Source: a virus
Length of the DNA stretch: 64,000 bases
Direction: 5' to 3' (one strand)
Virus record (IMG/VR): IMGVR_UViG_3300000956_000003
Coordinates: 1 to 64,000 of that record
Positions 9,726 to 19,752 of the stretch are shown piece after piece. The notes under the pieces were generated by a model. It was given only the letters and a program-made list of their open reading frames with translations, made no database searches and was not told where the DNA came from. The stretch's first letter is position 1. Each line of letters begins with the position of its first letter. The position numbers and the translations under genes are program-made.

Positions 9726-9902
9726 ATGGACAAAGTAAAAAAGCCCCGCGCTAAAAAGCAAACTACCGCTGAGGAGTTAATGACAGCCATCCAGCCGCAA
9801 ACCTTGGAAGTAAAGGTAACGCTGTATGGCCTACTAAGAGACTCAATTGATGGTGATAAAAAAGTATTGGAGGATCAGCTGGCATTACTGAAAGGGATAT
9901 AA
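9726..9902 (+). CDS. hypothetical small protein
   Basis: ORF (ATG at 9726 inside the tracked 9693 ORF). Confidence 0.3.
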   Translation: MDKVKKPRAKKQTTAEELMTAIQPQTLEVKVTLYGLLRDSIDGDKKVLEDQLALLKGI

Positions 9903-10163
9903 ATGCTGGAATCCCAGATCAAAAAGAAGTGTACCGGCCAGCTTGAAAAATGGGGCTGGCTGGTTATACACCTCATTCAAACGAACTGTAATGGGGTTCC
10001 GGATACAATTATATTAAGATCTTCTAAGGTATTTTTTATTGAGTTCAAGCAGCAGGGAAAGGCCCCACGCGAACTACAATCCTACCGCATACGAAAACTA
10101 CTTGATCAAGGATTTGAAACAATAGTAGTAACCGACCTTAAAGATATCCAGCATCTTAAATGA
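9903..10163 (+). CDS. VRR-NUC domain nuclease
   Basis: GVPDTIILRSSKVFFIEFKQQGKAPRELQSYRIRKLLDQGFETIVV fits the VRR-NUC pattern (G.PD....FiE.K......Q.......G). Confidence 0.7.
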   Translation: MLESQIKKKCTGQLEKWGWLVIHLIQTNCNGVPDTIILRSSKVFFIEFKQQGKAPRELQSYRIRKLLDQGFETIVVTDLKDIQHLK

Positions 10164-12688
10164 ACAAATTATTAACCGCTGCGTACGAATATATAACGAA
10201 TGGGATATGTGTCATACCAACCAATGACAGCAAGATCCCGTGCTTTGAATGGAAGAAGTACCACAATGATATTATTACCATTGAGGAGGCAGAACAAGGG
10301 TTCGAACTCACTTATGCAAAGTGCCTGGGGGTAGTATGTGGCAAGTCATCCGGTAACCTGGAGGTCATTGATATAGATACCAAATATGATCTTACCGGTA
10401 AGCTCTTTGAAGGCTATATGCAGGATATTGCCGATAATGATAAGCGCCTGCACGATAGCCTGATGGTCATCCAAACGAAGTCCGGCGGCTATCACCTGTA
10501 TTATAGATGTGAGAAAGTAGAGGGTAATATGAAACTGGCCCAGCGGCCGGCATCTGAGGAAGAAATTAAGCAAAACCCCGGCGACAAAATCAGGGTACTT
10601 ATTGAGACCAGGGGGCAGGGTGGATACGTAGTGGCGCCGCCATCGCTAGGGTATAAAAAATTCTCTGGTGATAAGATCCCGACCATAACAACGGATCAAC
10701 GGGATATACTGCTTGAACTAGCCCGGTCGTACAATGAGGTAATTGAGCCGCCAAAAAAGGATTACACCCTAACTACAAACACCAAAGAGTTTTTTACCAC
10801 CCCATGGGATGACTACAATAGCCGCGGTGATGTTATAGGCCTATTACAGAAGCATGACTGGGTTGCTGTTAAGCAGGATGCCTTCCGTACTTATTTCCGC
10901 CGGCCTGGCAAGAACAAGGGTATAAGCGCCGATTACCACCATCAGCTCAGGCTATTCAAAGCATTTACTACATCCAGTGTATTTGAGGTAGGGCATGCTT
11001 ATACGCATTATGGCGTGTTTAAAATGCTGGAATGCGATGGTGATAGTAAGAAGGCTGCCCGTAGATTGCTCGATACGGGTTATGGTGAAAAGCGCGTTTT
11101 CTACGGAGATAAGGAGGAGCGGGACATATTCAAAAAGAAGCAGGAGGGAATGAATGATGAGCAACTGGTCGGCTATGTGCAGTCCAAATTAGGTAAGGAT
11201 GCCCCCGCCGCCCAGGAGATGGTCAAAAACTTATCCAAATTATGGGGGGACCGGATATGTACATTTTGGGATATTGACCATAATAATGAGGCCATTATCA
11301 ATCGCGGACGCCTAATCGACTTCCTGTACACGCATGGCGGCTTCGCCTTGTTCTACTATGACAAAAACAGCACGATCTACCGTATAGTGCAATGTAAGGA
11401 CGGGTTCCTGCAGGAGGCGAGTAGTGAGTTCATGAAGAAATTCATTATCGATTACATTGAACGCCTGCCCGATACGTTCGATGGGGGCATTACGCCCGAT
11501 GATCTGAAGAATTTGATATTAAAGCAACATGACCGCCTTTTTGCCAATGGGCTAATGGAGTTTTTACCGCGCGGGGATTACAATCTACTGAATGATGAAT
11601 ACAATGCCGCTTACTTTCCTTTTAAAAACGGCGTGGTAAAAATTACTGCCGACGGGTTATCCCTCCTGACTTATAAAGATGTTAATAAAGTAGTGTGGAA
11701 AACACAGATCATTGATTTTGATATAAAGATCGATGTGGATATCGTGAGTAAAAAGATTGAGTACGCGGAGTTTATTAATTGTATCAGTGATAATGATCAG
11801 GATAAGTACCGGTATGCCTGTACATTGATCGGCTACCTGCTGCATAAATACAAAGACCCGGCTAAGCCATATTGTGTGATCCTGGCGGAGGAGAATGACA
11901 ATGAGAATAAGGGTGGCGGTACCGGTAAAGGCATATTCCTATCCGCTATCAGTAAGCTGGTGAATATGGAGCGGGTAGATGGAAAGAATTTTAAGCTGGA
12001 TAAAAATTTCGCTTTCCAGCGGATTGGTCTGGATACCAAACTGATTGCCATTGAGGACACGCGGAAGAACGTCGATTTTGAGGGCTTTTACTCCATTATT
12101 ACCGAGGGTATTACCGTTGAGAAGAAGAACAAGGATGAGCTATTTATACCCTATAAGGACAGCCCCAAGGTCGTTTTTACCACGAATTACACCATAGTTA
12201 ACAGCGGGGCGCATGCCAAACGCCGGCAAAAGACCTTTGAATTCGCCGCCTTCTTTGGCGCCGAGAAGACCCCTGTCCATCACTTCGGCCATAACCTGTT
12301 CGATGACTGGGATACCACCGAATGGAATCTGTTTTACAATTTCTTATTTGAGTGCTGTGTCGGCTACCTGGGCGCCGGGATCATGGAGGTTGAAAGCACT
12401 ATAAAAGTGAAACGCAAACATATCCGACTGAAGTACGGGGAGGAGTTTTTGGAGTGGTGGGATGAATGGACTAAAGAAGAAGCATATGAGTGGTGCAAAT
12501 TCATTGAATTGTATGAAGGATTCATTAATTCCACGGGTACCGAAAAGAAGTTTTTTAGCGCAAAGCGGTTTAGTATGGCCATTAAAGACAGCTCTGAAAT
12601 GATACTTGAAACGCCAGCCGATTTTGAAAAAGAGCGATCGTCGGAACCGGGCCGACCCCTAAAAGTGGTGCTCAAAAAAAGGACATAA
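10160..12688 (+). CDS. bifunctional primase-polymerase (Prim-Pol N-term) / D5-P4-type SF3 helicase
   Basis: N-term GICVIPT..., LEVIDID (DxD), TKSGGYHLYY; C-term Walker A GGGTGKG typical of P4-alpha/D5 primase-helicases. Confidence 0.85.
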   Translation: MNKLLTAAYEYITNGICVIPTNDSKIPCFEWKKYHNDIITIEEAEQGFELTYAKCLGVVCGKSSGNLEVIDIDTKYDLTGKLFEGYMQDIADNDKRLHDSLMVIQTKSGGYHLYYRCEKVEGNMKLAQRPASEEEIKQNPGDKIRVLIETRGQGGYVVAPPSLGYKKFSGDKIPTITTDQRDILLELARSYNEVIEPPKKDYTLTTNTKEFFTTPWDDYNSRGDVIGLLQKHDWVAVKQDAFRTYFRRPGKNKGISADYHHQLRLFKAFTTSSVFEVGHAYTHYGVFKMLECDGDSKKAARRLLDTGYGEKRVFYGDKEERDIFKKKQEGMNDEQLVGYVQSKLGKDAPAAQEMVKNLSKLWGDRICTFWDIDHNNEAIINRGRLIDFLYTHGGFALFYYDKNSTIYRIVQCKDGFLQEASSEFMKKFIIDYIERLPDTFDGGITPDDLKNLILKQHDRLFANGLMEFLPRGDYNLLNDEYNAAYFPFKNGVVKITADGLSLLTYKDVNKVVWKTQIIDFDIKIDVDIVSKKIEYAEFINCISDNDQDKYRYACTLIGYLLHKYKDPAKPYCVILAEENDNENKGGGTGKGIFLSAISKLVNMERVDGKNFKLDKNFAFQRIGLDTKLIAIEDTRKNVDFEGFYSIITEGITVEKKNKDELFIPYKDSPKVVFTTNYTIVNSGAHAKRRQKTFEFAAFFGAEKTPVHHFGHNLFDDWDTTEWNLFYNFLFECCVGYLGAGIMEVESTIKVKRKHIRLKYGEEFLEWWDEWTKEEAYEWCKFIELYEGFINSTGTEKKFFSAKRFSMAIKDSSEMILETPADFEKERSSEPGRPLKVVLKKRT

Positions 12689-12992
12689 TATCGTGTCGCC
12701 AGGATTAATGATCGTGTACAAAGGAGGTAATAATCATGTACAAGACCCGTCGCTAAAAAATTATCTGTCAACATGTACATGATTATTAAGTACAAAACAC
12801 GATGCCTTAAAGCTCATCGTGTCAAAATAATACATTGATTATCAATTTAAATAAACACTTGTACGTAATGTACTCGATTTTATACGGACTACGGCGTTTT
12901 ATCAAAAAATGCCCTAAAAGTATAAAAGGGTGGGGAAATATAGAAAGGCAAAAAATAGTGTCCATCGTGTCGGCCCTAAAAAAATCATTTTT
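12689..12992. repeat. AT-rich intergenic region with ATCGTGT(C/A) iterons and TGTACA palindromes (candidate ori/operator array)
   Basis: ATCGTGT(C/A) at 12690, 12711, 12816, 12964 (direct) and 12797 (inverted); TGTACA at 12715, 12737, 12774 including the 10-bp palindrome CATGTACATG. Confidence 0.5.
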
Positions 12993-13559
12993 ATGAGTAA
13001 TGAAATAATCCCTTTCGGAAAATACAAAGGGCAACAAGTAGATGTATTGATGAACGATCGGCCATACTTGGAATGGCTACAAGGGCAGGATTGGTTTCGG
13101 GCCAGATACCAAAACATAAACACCCTTATCGTCAACAACTTTAGGGAGCCGGCAGAAACCCCAGAACACAATAAGATGCAGGCGATGTTTCTGGATGATA
13201 ATTTCCTGCACTCGTTTGTGGATCATTTAAAATCAAGATATGCTTCTTGGTTTGATTATGAGCAAAGGATCGATGATGGACCCTGGAAAATATGTTCCTA
13301 TATAGCCGAGGATTGGGATAAATTAATTAATTCAAAAATAACTTTTGAAGAAAACGGTATTGATGTTTCCTGGGGACATCGTTTAAAAATTGAAATCAAG
13401 CCTGTTCTTTCGCACGATTACCCCGCTGTACTCAGGCAAATGAAATCGCAGGGCTGTAATATTCTTTTCATCGACAGTTTCTCTGCAGAAGGATTAACAA
13501 TAGAGAAGGTTAGAAAGATATTCTACCCAGCATTGATAATACTTAAAGGCGAACTATAA
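12993..13559 (+). CDS. hypothetical protein with FGKYKG...YLxWL motif (DUF3820/QSregVF_b-like)
   Basis: IPFGKYKGQQVDVLMNDRPYLEWL; start taken at ATG 12993 rather than the tracked 12930. Confidence 0.3.
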   Translation: MSNEIIPFGKYKGQQVDVLMNDRPYLEWLQGQDWFRARYQNINTLIVNNFREPAETPEHNKMQAMFLDDNFLHSFVDHLKSRYASWFDYEQRIDDGPWKICSYIAEDWDKLINSKITFEENGIDVSWGHRLKIEIKPVLSHDYPAVLRQMKSQGCNILFIDSFSAEGLTIEKVRKIFYPALIILKGEL

Positions 13560-13560
13560 C

Positions 13561-14370
13561 ATGAAACCAACCGAAGCTAATAGCCCGACAATCGAAATGA
13601 AACAACACCCCATACTTTTTTCAACGCCCATGGTCCAGGCCATCATGAAAGGTAGCAAGGCACAGACAAGGCGGATAAAAGGGCTTGAATTGGTTAATGA
13701 ATCTCCGAGCACATGGCGCCATCAAAAGTATGGCGGAATGGCTATCGGCCCACATGTGGGATGGAAATACCAATTCTGGGATCAGACAGGTAGGGGCTAC
13801 CTTGATCCCGGTATAAAATGCCCCTATGGCCAGGTAGGCGATGTTCTGTGGGTACGGGAGACATGGCGCAAACATCATATTACCGATACATTTGGTGAAA
13901 CACATTTCGACAAGCCCGCTATCATTAAATATGCTGCAGATCGACCCGAGCCGGTATATGAAGTCGATGGTGATGGATTCCAAGTCTTCAACAAAGATGG
14001 TTCTGAAAAATTCATTCCCTGGCGCCCTTCTATCTTCATGCCGAAAGCAGCCTGCCGGCTATACCTCCAGATCACCGACATCCGGGTAGAGCGATTGCAG
14101 GATATCAGCGAGGAAGATGCGAAGGCGGAAGGGGTGCAACCAAACTGCGATGGGGCCGAGAATTGCCCCTCCCCGAAATGTAAAGCAACCGGTTGCCAGT
14201 CTGCCGGGGAATACTACCACTACATGAGGGACTTTGAAGATTTCCCTGCATTTAGCGCGAAAGAATCTTTTGAATCGCTTTGGGAGAAGATTAACGGCGC
14301 CGAATCCTGGGAGGCTAACCCCTGGGTATGGGTAATCTCCTTCAAGAAAATAGACAACCCCAATGCCTGA
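13561..14370 (+). CDS. ASCH-like domain protein with Cys-rich C-terminus
   Basis: ILFSTPMVQAIMKGSKAQTRR approximates the ASCH GxKxxExR motif; GDVLWVRETW follows. Confidence 0.4.
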   Translation: MKPTEANSPTIEMKQHPILFSTPMVQAIMKGSKAQTRRIKGLELVNESPSTWRHQKYGGMAIGPHVGWKYQFWDQTGRGYLDPGIKCPYGQVGDVLWVRETWRKHHITDTFGETHFDKPAIIKYAADRPEPVYEVDGDGFQVFNKDGSEKFIPWRPSIFMPKAACRLYLQITDIRVERLQDISEEDAKAEGVQPNCDGAENCPSPKCKATGCQSAGEYYHYMRDFEDFPAFSAKESFESLWEKINGAESWEANPWVWVISFKKIDNPNA

Positions 14371-14734
14371 TATCCGCACCCACATATTAACCCACCACCG
14401 TGTCGAACTGATACAGCAGTGTATGATGTACCGGGCGTCGATCACACTAAACGGGCAGGAATACGCCAGGGTGCGGTTAACCGAGGAAGAGGCGGTTGAG
14501 GCCTTGATAAAGCATTGTGAGAAAACATTTGTACAACCGGAGGAGGTAGAGGCTGGAATAGTGGAGTCAAACACATGGCATCGGTGGAAGCGCAATATAT
14601 GTATCCGCTGCGGGATCAGTAGAAAACGGAAGAACTGGAAAATATTAACCCCACTTAAAACCAGTAGTAGCTGGTGGTATGGGGAGGAAAATAAATTCAC
14701 GAGACCAAATTGTAATAACCAACAAAATCAATAA
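14363..14734 (+). CDS. hypothetical protein (123 aa)
   Basis: ORF, overlap-coupled. Confidence 0.4.
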   Translation: MPDIRTHILTHHRVELIQQCMMYRASITLNGQEYARVRLTEEEAVEALIKHCEKTFVQPEEVEAGIVESNTWHRWKRNICIRCGISRKRKNWKILTPLKTSSSWWYGEENKFTRPNCNNQQNQ

Positions 14735-14736
14735 GG

Positions 14737-15162
14737 ATGAGGCAGTTCAAATTTAGATCTTGGGATAATAAAGGGAAGGTAATGATTGACTGGTTGACCT
14801 TATCTCAAACCGCATTCAACAGAAATGATCGTTCACTCTCCTTGATGTACGCCGTAATCATTAATGATACTCGACAGTTTGAAACGATGGAATGGATTGG
14901 CTTGAAGGATAAGCACAAAACTCATGTTTATGATGGAGACATTCTTTCTGATTGCAGCAGTCCCATGGCCGAGCATTGTTGCTGGTTTGAAGTTTTTTGG
15001 CATGATGGTGACGCAGCATCGGGAGGCGTTGGTTATAAGTTAAGATTCGTCACACATCACGCTATATGCGGGGGAGTGACCCCGGTGGTATTACCAAAGA
15101 ACCTATCAAAGATGAAAGTTATTGGAAACATATACGAAAACCCTGAACTCTTACAACAATGA
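14737..15162 (+). CDS. YopX family protein
   Basis: MRQFKFRSWD... N-terminus and VIGNIYENPELL C-terminus are hallmark YopX motifs. Confidence 0.7.
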   Translation: MRQFKFRSWDNKGKVMIDWLTLSQTAFNRNDRSLSLMYAVIINDTRQFETMEWIGLKDKHKTHVYDGDILSDCSSPMAEHCCWFEVFWHDGDAASGGVGYKLRFVTHHAICGGVTPVVLPKNLSKMKVIGNIYENPELLQQ

Positions 15163-15614
15163 ACCTACCACAGACTACCATTGACCGGATAGAGAAAGAG
15201 GCGGAGCATGCCGGCAGAATGCTATGCTCAGAATGGCCTTTTAATGCTGCAAAAATAGCTTATTCAAGAGGTGCTACAGCCGAAGCTACCCGCGCTCTAC
15301 CATTATATGAGGCGCTGAAGTTATCCAAACAATTATTGAACGCATATGCCATCCGCCACAAAGATACCGCACAATTATTGTTAGGATACACCAATGAAGA
15401 GGCTTTTGCTAAAATAGACACAGCCCTCGCCTCCTACGATTCAGGGGAACCGGTAGAAGAAAAGGAACAGGGTAAAGAGGCGAAGGAGTTCGCGGAGTGG
15501 TTGGATATACAAAGGAATAATGGTACCGATTATTACAAGGATATGGCAATATGGGGTAAAGAGGACGCCTTTGAGCGCATGTACACCATCTGGCAACAAT
15601 CACTAAAACAATGA
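15159..15614 (+). CDS. hypothetical protein (151 aa)
   Basis: ORF. Confidence 0.45.
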   Translation: MNLPQTTIDRIEKEAEHAGRMLCSEWPFNAAKIAYSRGATAEATRALPLYEALKLSKQLLNAYAIRHKDTAQLLLGYTNEEAFAKIDTALASYDSGEPVEEKEQGKEAKEFAEWLDIQRNNGTDYYKDMAIWGKEDAFERMYTIWQQSLKQ

Positions 15615-15986
15615 AAAAGGCAGACAGGGAATCCATACGGTTGAAGTATAATAATAAGTGCGCTTACTAACAGATGGCACGCAGATCATTTAGAGGCATT
15701 GCATCGGGATTCTTTTTATGATAAAGAGAAGCGTAGGTATGTGAGTACTGGAACTTGCCAACATCCAGAAAATGAGCATTTTGATAACTATATGCCATCG
15801 TGCGCAAGTTGCAATATCACAAAAGCTACAATGTCATTGGAAAAATTCAGGGCATACATTCAGCAGACCGTTGACTCATTGAATAAAAATAAGTATGCAG
15901 CTTACAAGTTTGCCAAGCGATATGGACTTGTGCAGGAAACTATCAAACCCGTGGTATTCTACTTTGAAACACTAAAACAACAATAA
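15611..15986 (+). pseudogene. HNH endonuclease, frameshifted/N-terminally disrupted
   Basis: Frame 0 from 15645 gives ...WHADHLEALH...CASCNITK (HNH DH...N...CxxCNxxK) but has no ATG and no first Cys pair. A +1 frame ATG at 15611 gives MKKADRESIRLKYNNKCAY then stop at 15668. The track's 15699 start is a TTG. Confidence 0.4.
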
Positions 15987-16423
15987 TGAGTCTATCCGTT
16001 GAGCAGCTAATGCAGCGACGCTATAAAGTTATTGCCGATTATCCAAATAGTCCATACAAGATTGGCGATATTTTAGTGGAGCAAAATTTAGGTGCAACAG
16101 AAAATCCTTTCTATCTGCAAGGTAGATTTGGATTTGCAAATGAATCATCCCTCTATTATCCGCAGAAATATCGTGCTAATCTCGAGCCACTTCCTTGGTG
16201 GAGTGAAAGAAAAGCGGAAGAAATGCCACCGTACCTCAAATTAGTTTTAAACAATAAAATCCTGATTGTCCGTAAGGTTGAGAAGTGGGAAGGCTTCAAT
16301 ACTTATAATCAACCACTGTATAGCTATTACAATAAAGTCAATTACCTATCTGTTGCTTGCATCTATGGACTTGACCCTGCAACTGAATCAGAATACCTCA
16401 CCTACAAACAGAATAACCCATGA
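15986..16423 (+). CDS. hypothetical protein (145 aa)
   Basis: ORF. Confidence 0.45.
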   Translation: MSLSVEQLMQRRYKVIADYPNSPYKIGDILVEQNLGATENPFYLQGRFGFANESSLYYPQKYRANLEPLPWWSERKAEEMPPYLKLVLNNKILIVRKVEKWEGFNTYNQPLYSYYNKVNYLSVACIYGLDPATESEYLTYKQNNP

Positions 16424-16938
16424 TATACGATAACAAAATATTGGCTGTTGTAAAATTCAATGACGGCGAAGCGCTGGTGCTTGAAAGACCTATTAACCTG
16501 AAGTGGAATAATCACGGCACAACGCTAATCGGCATTGACGGCCCATTCCGGTCTTGCCTTTTTTTAGATCGAATTACACCCGGCTTCTTAGCCTTTGCAG
16601 GTAGAAAGTTTGACATTCATCTGGAAAATGGTGAGGTAATTAATTGCTGTGGCCAATATTGGGATGGTTGGGATAAAACAGCAATGGAGTTGTACGGGCC
16701 AATTCATCGGGCAACAGCAAGTGATATTAAGTCCCTGAAAAACTGTTATGTGTTTTGCGGTTATTATGTCAACGCTGAATTATACAAGCAATTCCGATCA
16801 ACCTATAAAGACATTGTTTATGACTATTGGGAATACGAAATGCTTATTACATCAAATAAATATAGGCGGCCTGACCATAAATTGAAGCCATTCCTTCGAA
16901 AATTACGTAATCAAAGAAGAAAACAATTACACCCATGA
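16420..16938 (+). CDS. hypothetical protein (172 aa)
   Basis: ORF. Confidence 0.45.
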   Translation: MIYDNKILAVVKFNDGEALVLERPINLKWNNHGTTLIGIDGPFRSCLFLDRITPGFLAFAGRKFDIHLENGEVINCCGQYWDGWDKTAMELYGPIHRATASDIKSLKNCYVFCGYYVNAELYKQFRSTYKDIVYDYWEYEMLITSNKYRRPDHKLKPFLRKLRNQRRKQLHP

Positions 16939-17201
16939 CCACCACAGAGATGAATAAAGCAATAGGCGAGTATGATGGATGGGAGTTTGGCCAGTATTTT
17001 GTTGATGAGGCCCAGTATCATTTATCCTTTGACTGGCTCATGCCTGTCTGGTTCAAAATCCAACAAGCAGGTGCAGACGAAGGCTATGCTTTCAAAAAGT
17101 ATCATGAAGCTTTCCACGCCGGAATAGATCATCAATCAATTGAAAAATGCCACAAGGCGGTCTATGAGGCTGTGTTGTGGTTAAAAGGAAAGGAGAAATG
17201 A
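16935..17201 (+). CDS. hypothetical protein (88 aa)
   Basis: ORF. Confidence 0.4.
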   Translation: MTTTEMNKAIGEYDGWEFGQYFVDEAQYHLSFDWLMPVWFKIQQAGADEGYAFKKYHEAFHAGIDHQSIEKCHKAVYEAVLWLKGKEK

Positions 17202-17680
17202 ACTATATGCACCAAAGCCAGCTAATACCAAATAACAATAAATTCCATAAAGGCAATGGAGATGATGGTAAGCATTATTGGCTAACACCACCTGAAATAT
17301 ACGATGCGCTTAACAATGAATTCCATTTCGATTTTGATCCTTGTCCCTTTCCACTACCTGATGGTTTTGATGGTTTAACGTGCGAATGGGGTAAAAGCAA
17401 TTATGTAAATCCCCCCTTTGGCTCTATTATCCATGAGGGGAAAAAGAAAGGGCCAACTGCTTGGGTCAGAAAAGCAATACAGGAAAGTGAGAAAGGAAAA
17501 ACCGTTGTACTGGTTTACCCGATAGATAAATGGATTCTCATGTTATTAAAGACCATCGGATCCGAGGTTCGAAACCTTGGTGATGTAAGATGGCTGGCGA
17601 CTGAAGACATGCTACCCGGAAAGGGAACAGGTAGACACATTGCTTGTTTTATTTTAAGACCAAAAACCCCACAACAATGA
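17198..17680 (+). CDS. phage-type DNA N6-adenine methyltransferase (Dam family)
   Basis: YWLTPPEIYDALNNEFHFDFDPCPFP and NYVNPPFG (NPPF catalytic motif) match the phage Dam family; ATG 17198 overlaps the upstream stop (ATGA), AGGAG just upstream. Confidence 0.8.
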   Translation: MNYMHQSQLIPNNNKFHKGNGDDGKHYWLTPPEIYDALNNEFHFDFDPCPFPLPDGFDGLTCEWGKSNYVNPPFGSIIHEGKKKGPTAWVRKAIQESEKGKTVVLVYPIDKWILMLLKTIGSEVRNLGDVRWLATEDMLPGKGTGRHIACFILRPKTPQQ

Positions 17681-18009
17681 TAGACATTAAGCAATACCTG
17701 CACTACTACATGGGCTGCGAATTTTGGACTGACAACAGCCAAGGACAAATTAATAGCGAAACCCTACGTTTTATTTATGCGATGATTGATAGCGGAAAGA
17801 AGGTTCAGCTTATCGTACGGCGTCTGGATAATTTAACGGATAAAGAGAATAAGGAATTGGGAAAGGCTGCATTGAATGTGTTCACAGGCAATATTAGCTA
17901 TAACGCTGAACAATTCCACTACCTCCTCTCTCGTGGCTTCTGGCTATTTGGAGATGAAGCGTTTGAGCAGGGGGTGGTTATTGATGCAGAAACTTTAAAA
18001 GAAAAATAA
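17644..18009 (+). CDS. hypothetical protein (121 aa)
   Basis: ORF. Confidence 0.4.
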   Translation: MFYFKTKNPTTMIDIKQYLHYYMGCEFWTDNSQGQINSETLRFIYAMIDSGKKVQLIVRRLDNLTDKENKELGKAALNVFTGNISYNAEQFHYLLSRGFWLFGDEAFEQGVVIDAETLKEK

Positions 18010-18010
18010 T

Positions 18011-18343
18011 ATGAAAACAGGTATCGAACTAATTAACGAAGAGCGGCGCGAACAAATTGAAATACATGGGTGGTCACTGGAACATGACAAGCAGTATGTT
18101 AATAAGGAATTGGTTCAAGCCGCAGAGTTCTGTATGTTAACGGCAGGCATGATTGATAAAAACGTTTTCTGGCCACCCTCATGGGACTTTCGATATGCAC
18201 GCAAAATACTAATAAAGGATAAGATTGGGCAATTAACGGTTGCCGGAGCTTTTTTAATGGCAGAAAATGCTCGAAGGGGCGACCGGTTCCATGACGAGCG
18301 AATTAATTTAATTGCCGCTGAAATTGATCGACTTCAAAAATAA
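18011..18343 (+). CDS. hypothetical protein (110 aa)
   Basis: ORF. Confidence 0.4.
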   Translation: MKTGIELINEERREQIEIHGWSLEHDKQYVNKELVQAAEFCMLTAGMIDKNVFWPPSWDFRYARKILIKDKIGQLTVAGAFLMAENARRGDRFHDERINLIAAEIDRLQK

Positions 18344-18348
18344 CAGCC

Positions 18349-18633
18349 ATGACCCCCAAACACAAGGCAGAAGAACTGGTTGATAGGTTCCGGCCCTATG
18401 CCTATGGCCCAACACCGGAGATGGAGACGAATAACGCCAAACGGTGTGCGGGTATTTTCGTTGAAGAAATTATTGCCTTACTGGAAACCTTGCATAAACC
18501 TGAATACACGGCCTTTATTGCCAAACACATCTACACCATAGATGGTACCGAATATAACACACATATTCAGGGCTATGAACTATTGGATTATTTTAAGAAA
18601 GTTAAAAGAGAAATCAAAAAGATAAAGCTATGA
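18349..18633 (+). CDS. hypothetical protein (94 aa)
   Basis: ORF. Confidence 0.4.
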   Translation: MTPKHKAEELVDRFRPYAYGPTPEMETNNAKRCAGIFVEEIIALLETLHKPEYTAFIAKHIYTIDGTEYNTHIQGYELLDYFKKVKREIKKIKL

Positions 18634-18971
18634 CCCCCGAATTGCAAAAACAAGTAGAGGTGGAGGCAAAAGATAAATATCCAGCAAACTCCACCATCTA
18701 TTTAGAAATGAGAAGTGGATATATAGCAGCGGTTACCCCTTACGCCGAACAGGAAAGGCAATTAAGGGCATCCATTGACCTGTACAATAACCAGACAGTT
18801 ACGATTATGAGGCTCGAACGGGAGGTTGAGAGGCTGCGGAAGCTGATCAAAGATACGGTCTTTTATAATGCTCATTCAGAATGCTTGAATTACCTAAACA
18901 CTGGTGCTACAAAAGCTGGCATAGTGGCCCTAAAGACATTGGATAATTTCATAAAAGAAAACAACCTATAA
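18630..18971 (+). CDS. hypothetical protein (113 aa)
   Basis: ORF. Confidence 0.4.
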   Translation: MTPELQKQVEVEAKDKYPANSTIYLEMRSGYIAAVTPYAEQERQLRASIDLYNNQTVTIMRLEREVERLRKLIKDTVFYNAHSECLNYLNTGATKAGIVALKTLDNFIKENNL

Positions 18972-18973
18972 CA

Positions 18974-19192
18974 ATGGACAAGCTCGAACCAAAAACGGTA
19001 TATGTGCCGGTAGCCAAGGACTCTATCTATGCGCTATATAAAGGCTTTACGGGGCAGTCCTATCTGGAAGAACTCCCCAACGTCTATCCCCTTACCGGGG
19101 AGCAGTTGGAAGAATTGCTAACAGAATATAGTAGGCTTAGTGCCTTATATACCGTGAAACGTTTTTTAACAAAAAAAGGAGTAACAAAATGA
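18974..19192 (+). CDS. hypothetical protein (72 aa)
   Basis: ORF. Confidence 0.35.
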   Translation: MDKLEPKTVYVPVAKDSIYALYKGFTGQSYLEELPNVYPLTGEQLEELLTEYSRLSALYTVKRFLTKKGVTK

Positions 19193-19482
19193 AATGGATA
19201 AATGCCAGCGAACGACTACCGGAAAACAAAAAGTGGAATTATATTTTCCGACAGGCCCGGAATAGCAGAAGCGCCAGAGTTGTTTATCTGGATCATGCGC
19301 CCAATATCAGCGCATACATGCAATTGCCAATTGAAAATATCGAATGGCTCGACGAAAGTCAGGACGAAAAGGACAAAGAGATAGAGCGGCTGAAAGCCGA
19401 ATTACGCGGCGCAATCGGTGCCCTCGAATTCGCTCAGTTTGCAATTGATCAAAACGCAAAAGAAGCAAAGCACAACCTTTAA
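19189..19482 (+). CDS. hypothetical protein (97 aa)
   Basis: ORF. Confidence 0.4.
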   Translation: MKWINASERLPENKKWNYIFRQARNSRSARVVYLDHAPNISAYMQLPIENIEWLDESQDEKDKEIERLKAELRGAIGALEFAQFAIDQNAKEAKHNL

Positions 19483-19752
19483 ATGCAGGTCGCATCCTTC
19501 AATAATACTCCTGATGCGAAAACCCTATACCAATGCAATGTGTGTGGATTGTTCAGATCGTGGTCTGAATCTCACAGGCACATTGAAAGGCCGGTCGGGC
19601 ATTGGTATTTCGGTTACGAGGTATATTTCATTACCTGTTCCAATGAATGCAGAAATAAGCAGCGGGAAGTATTTATTGAATGGCTAAGCAAGTATGATGG
19701 GTGGACAAGAAAGGCCGCTGAGAGCAATTTTGACCAATACATTAAAGCATAA
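19483..19752 (+). CDS. hypothetical zinc-ribbon protein (89 aa)
   Basis: CNVCGLF...CSNEC Cys pairs. Confidence 0.4.
   Translation: MQVASFNNTPDAKTLYQCNVCGLFRSWSESHRHIERPVGHWYFGYEVYFITCSNECRNKQREVFIEWLSKYDGWTRKAAESNFDQYIKA

Noticed and set aside
12930-12992. N-terminal extension of ORF 12930..13559
   Set aside because: It would place the start inside the iteron-rich intergenic region; ATG 12993 (MSNEIIPFGKYKG) fits the conserved motif start better.
17555-17590. GAGGTTCGAAACCTTGG resembles a tRNA T-arm
   Set aside because: It lies inside the Dam methyltransferase coding frame (TIGSEVRNLGDVRW); no D or anticodon arms are present and the stem pairing is imperfect. Coincidental.
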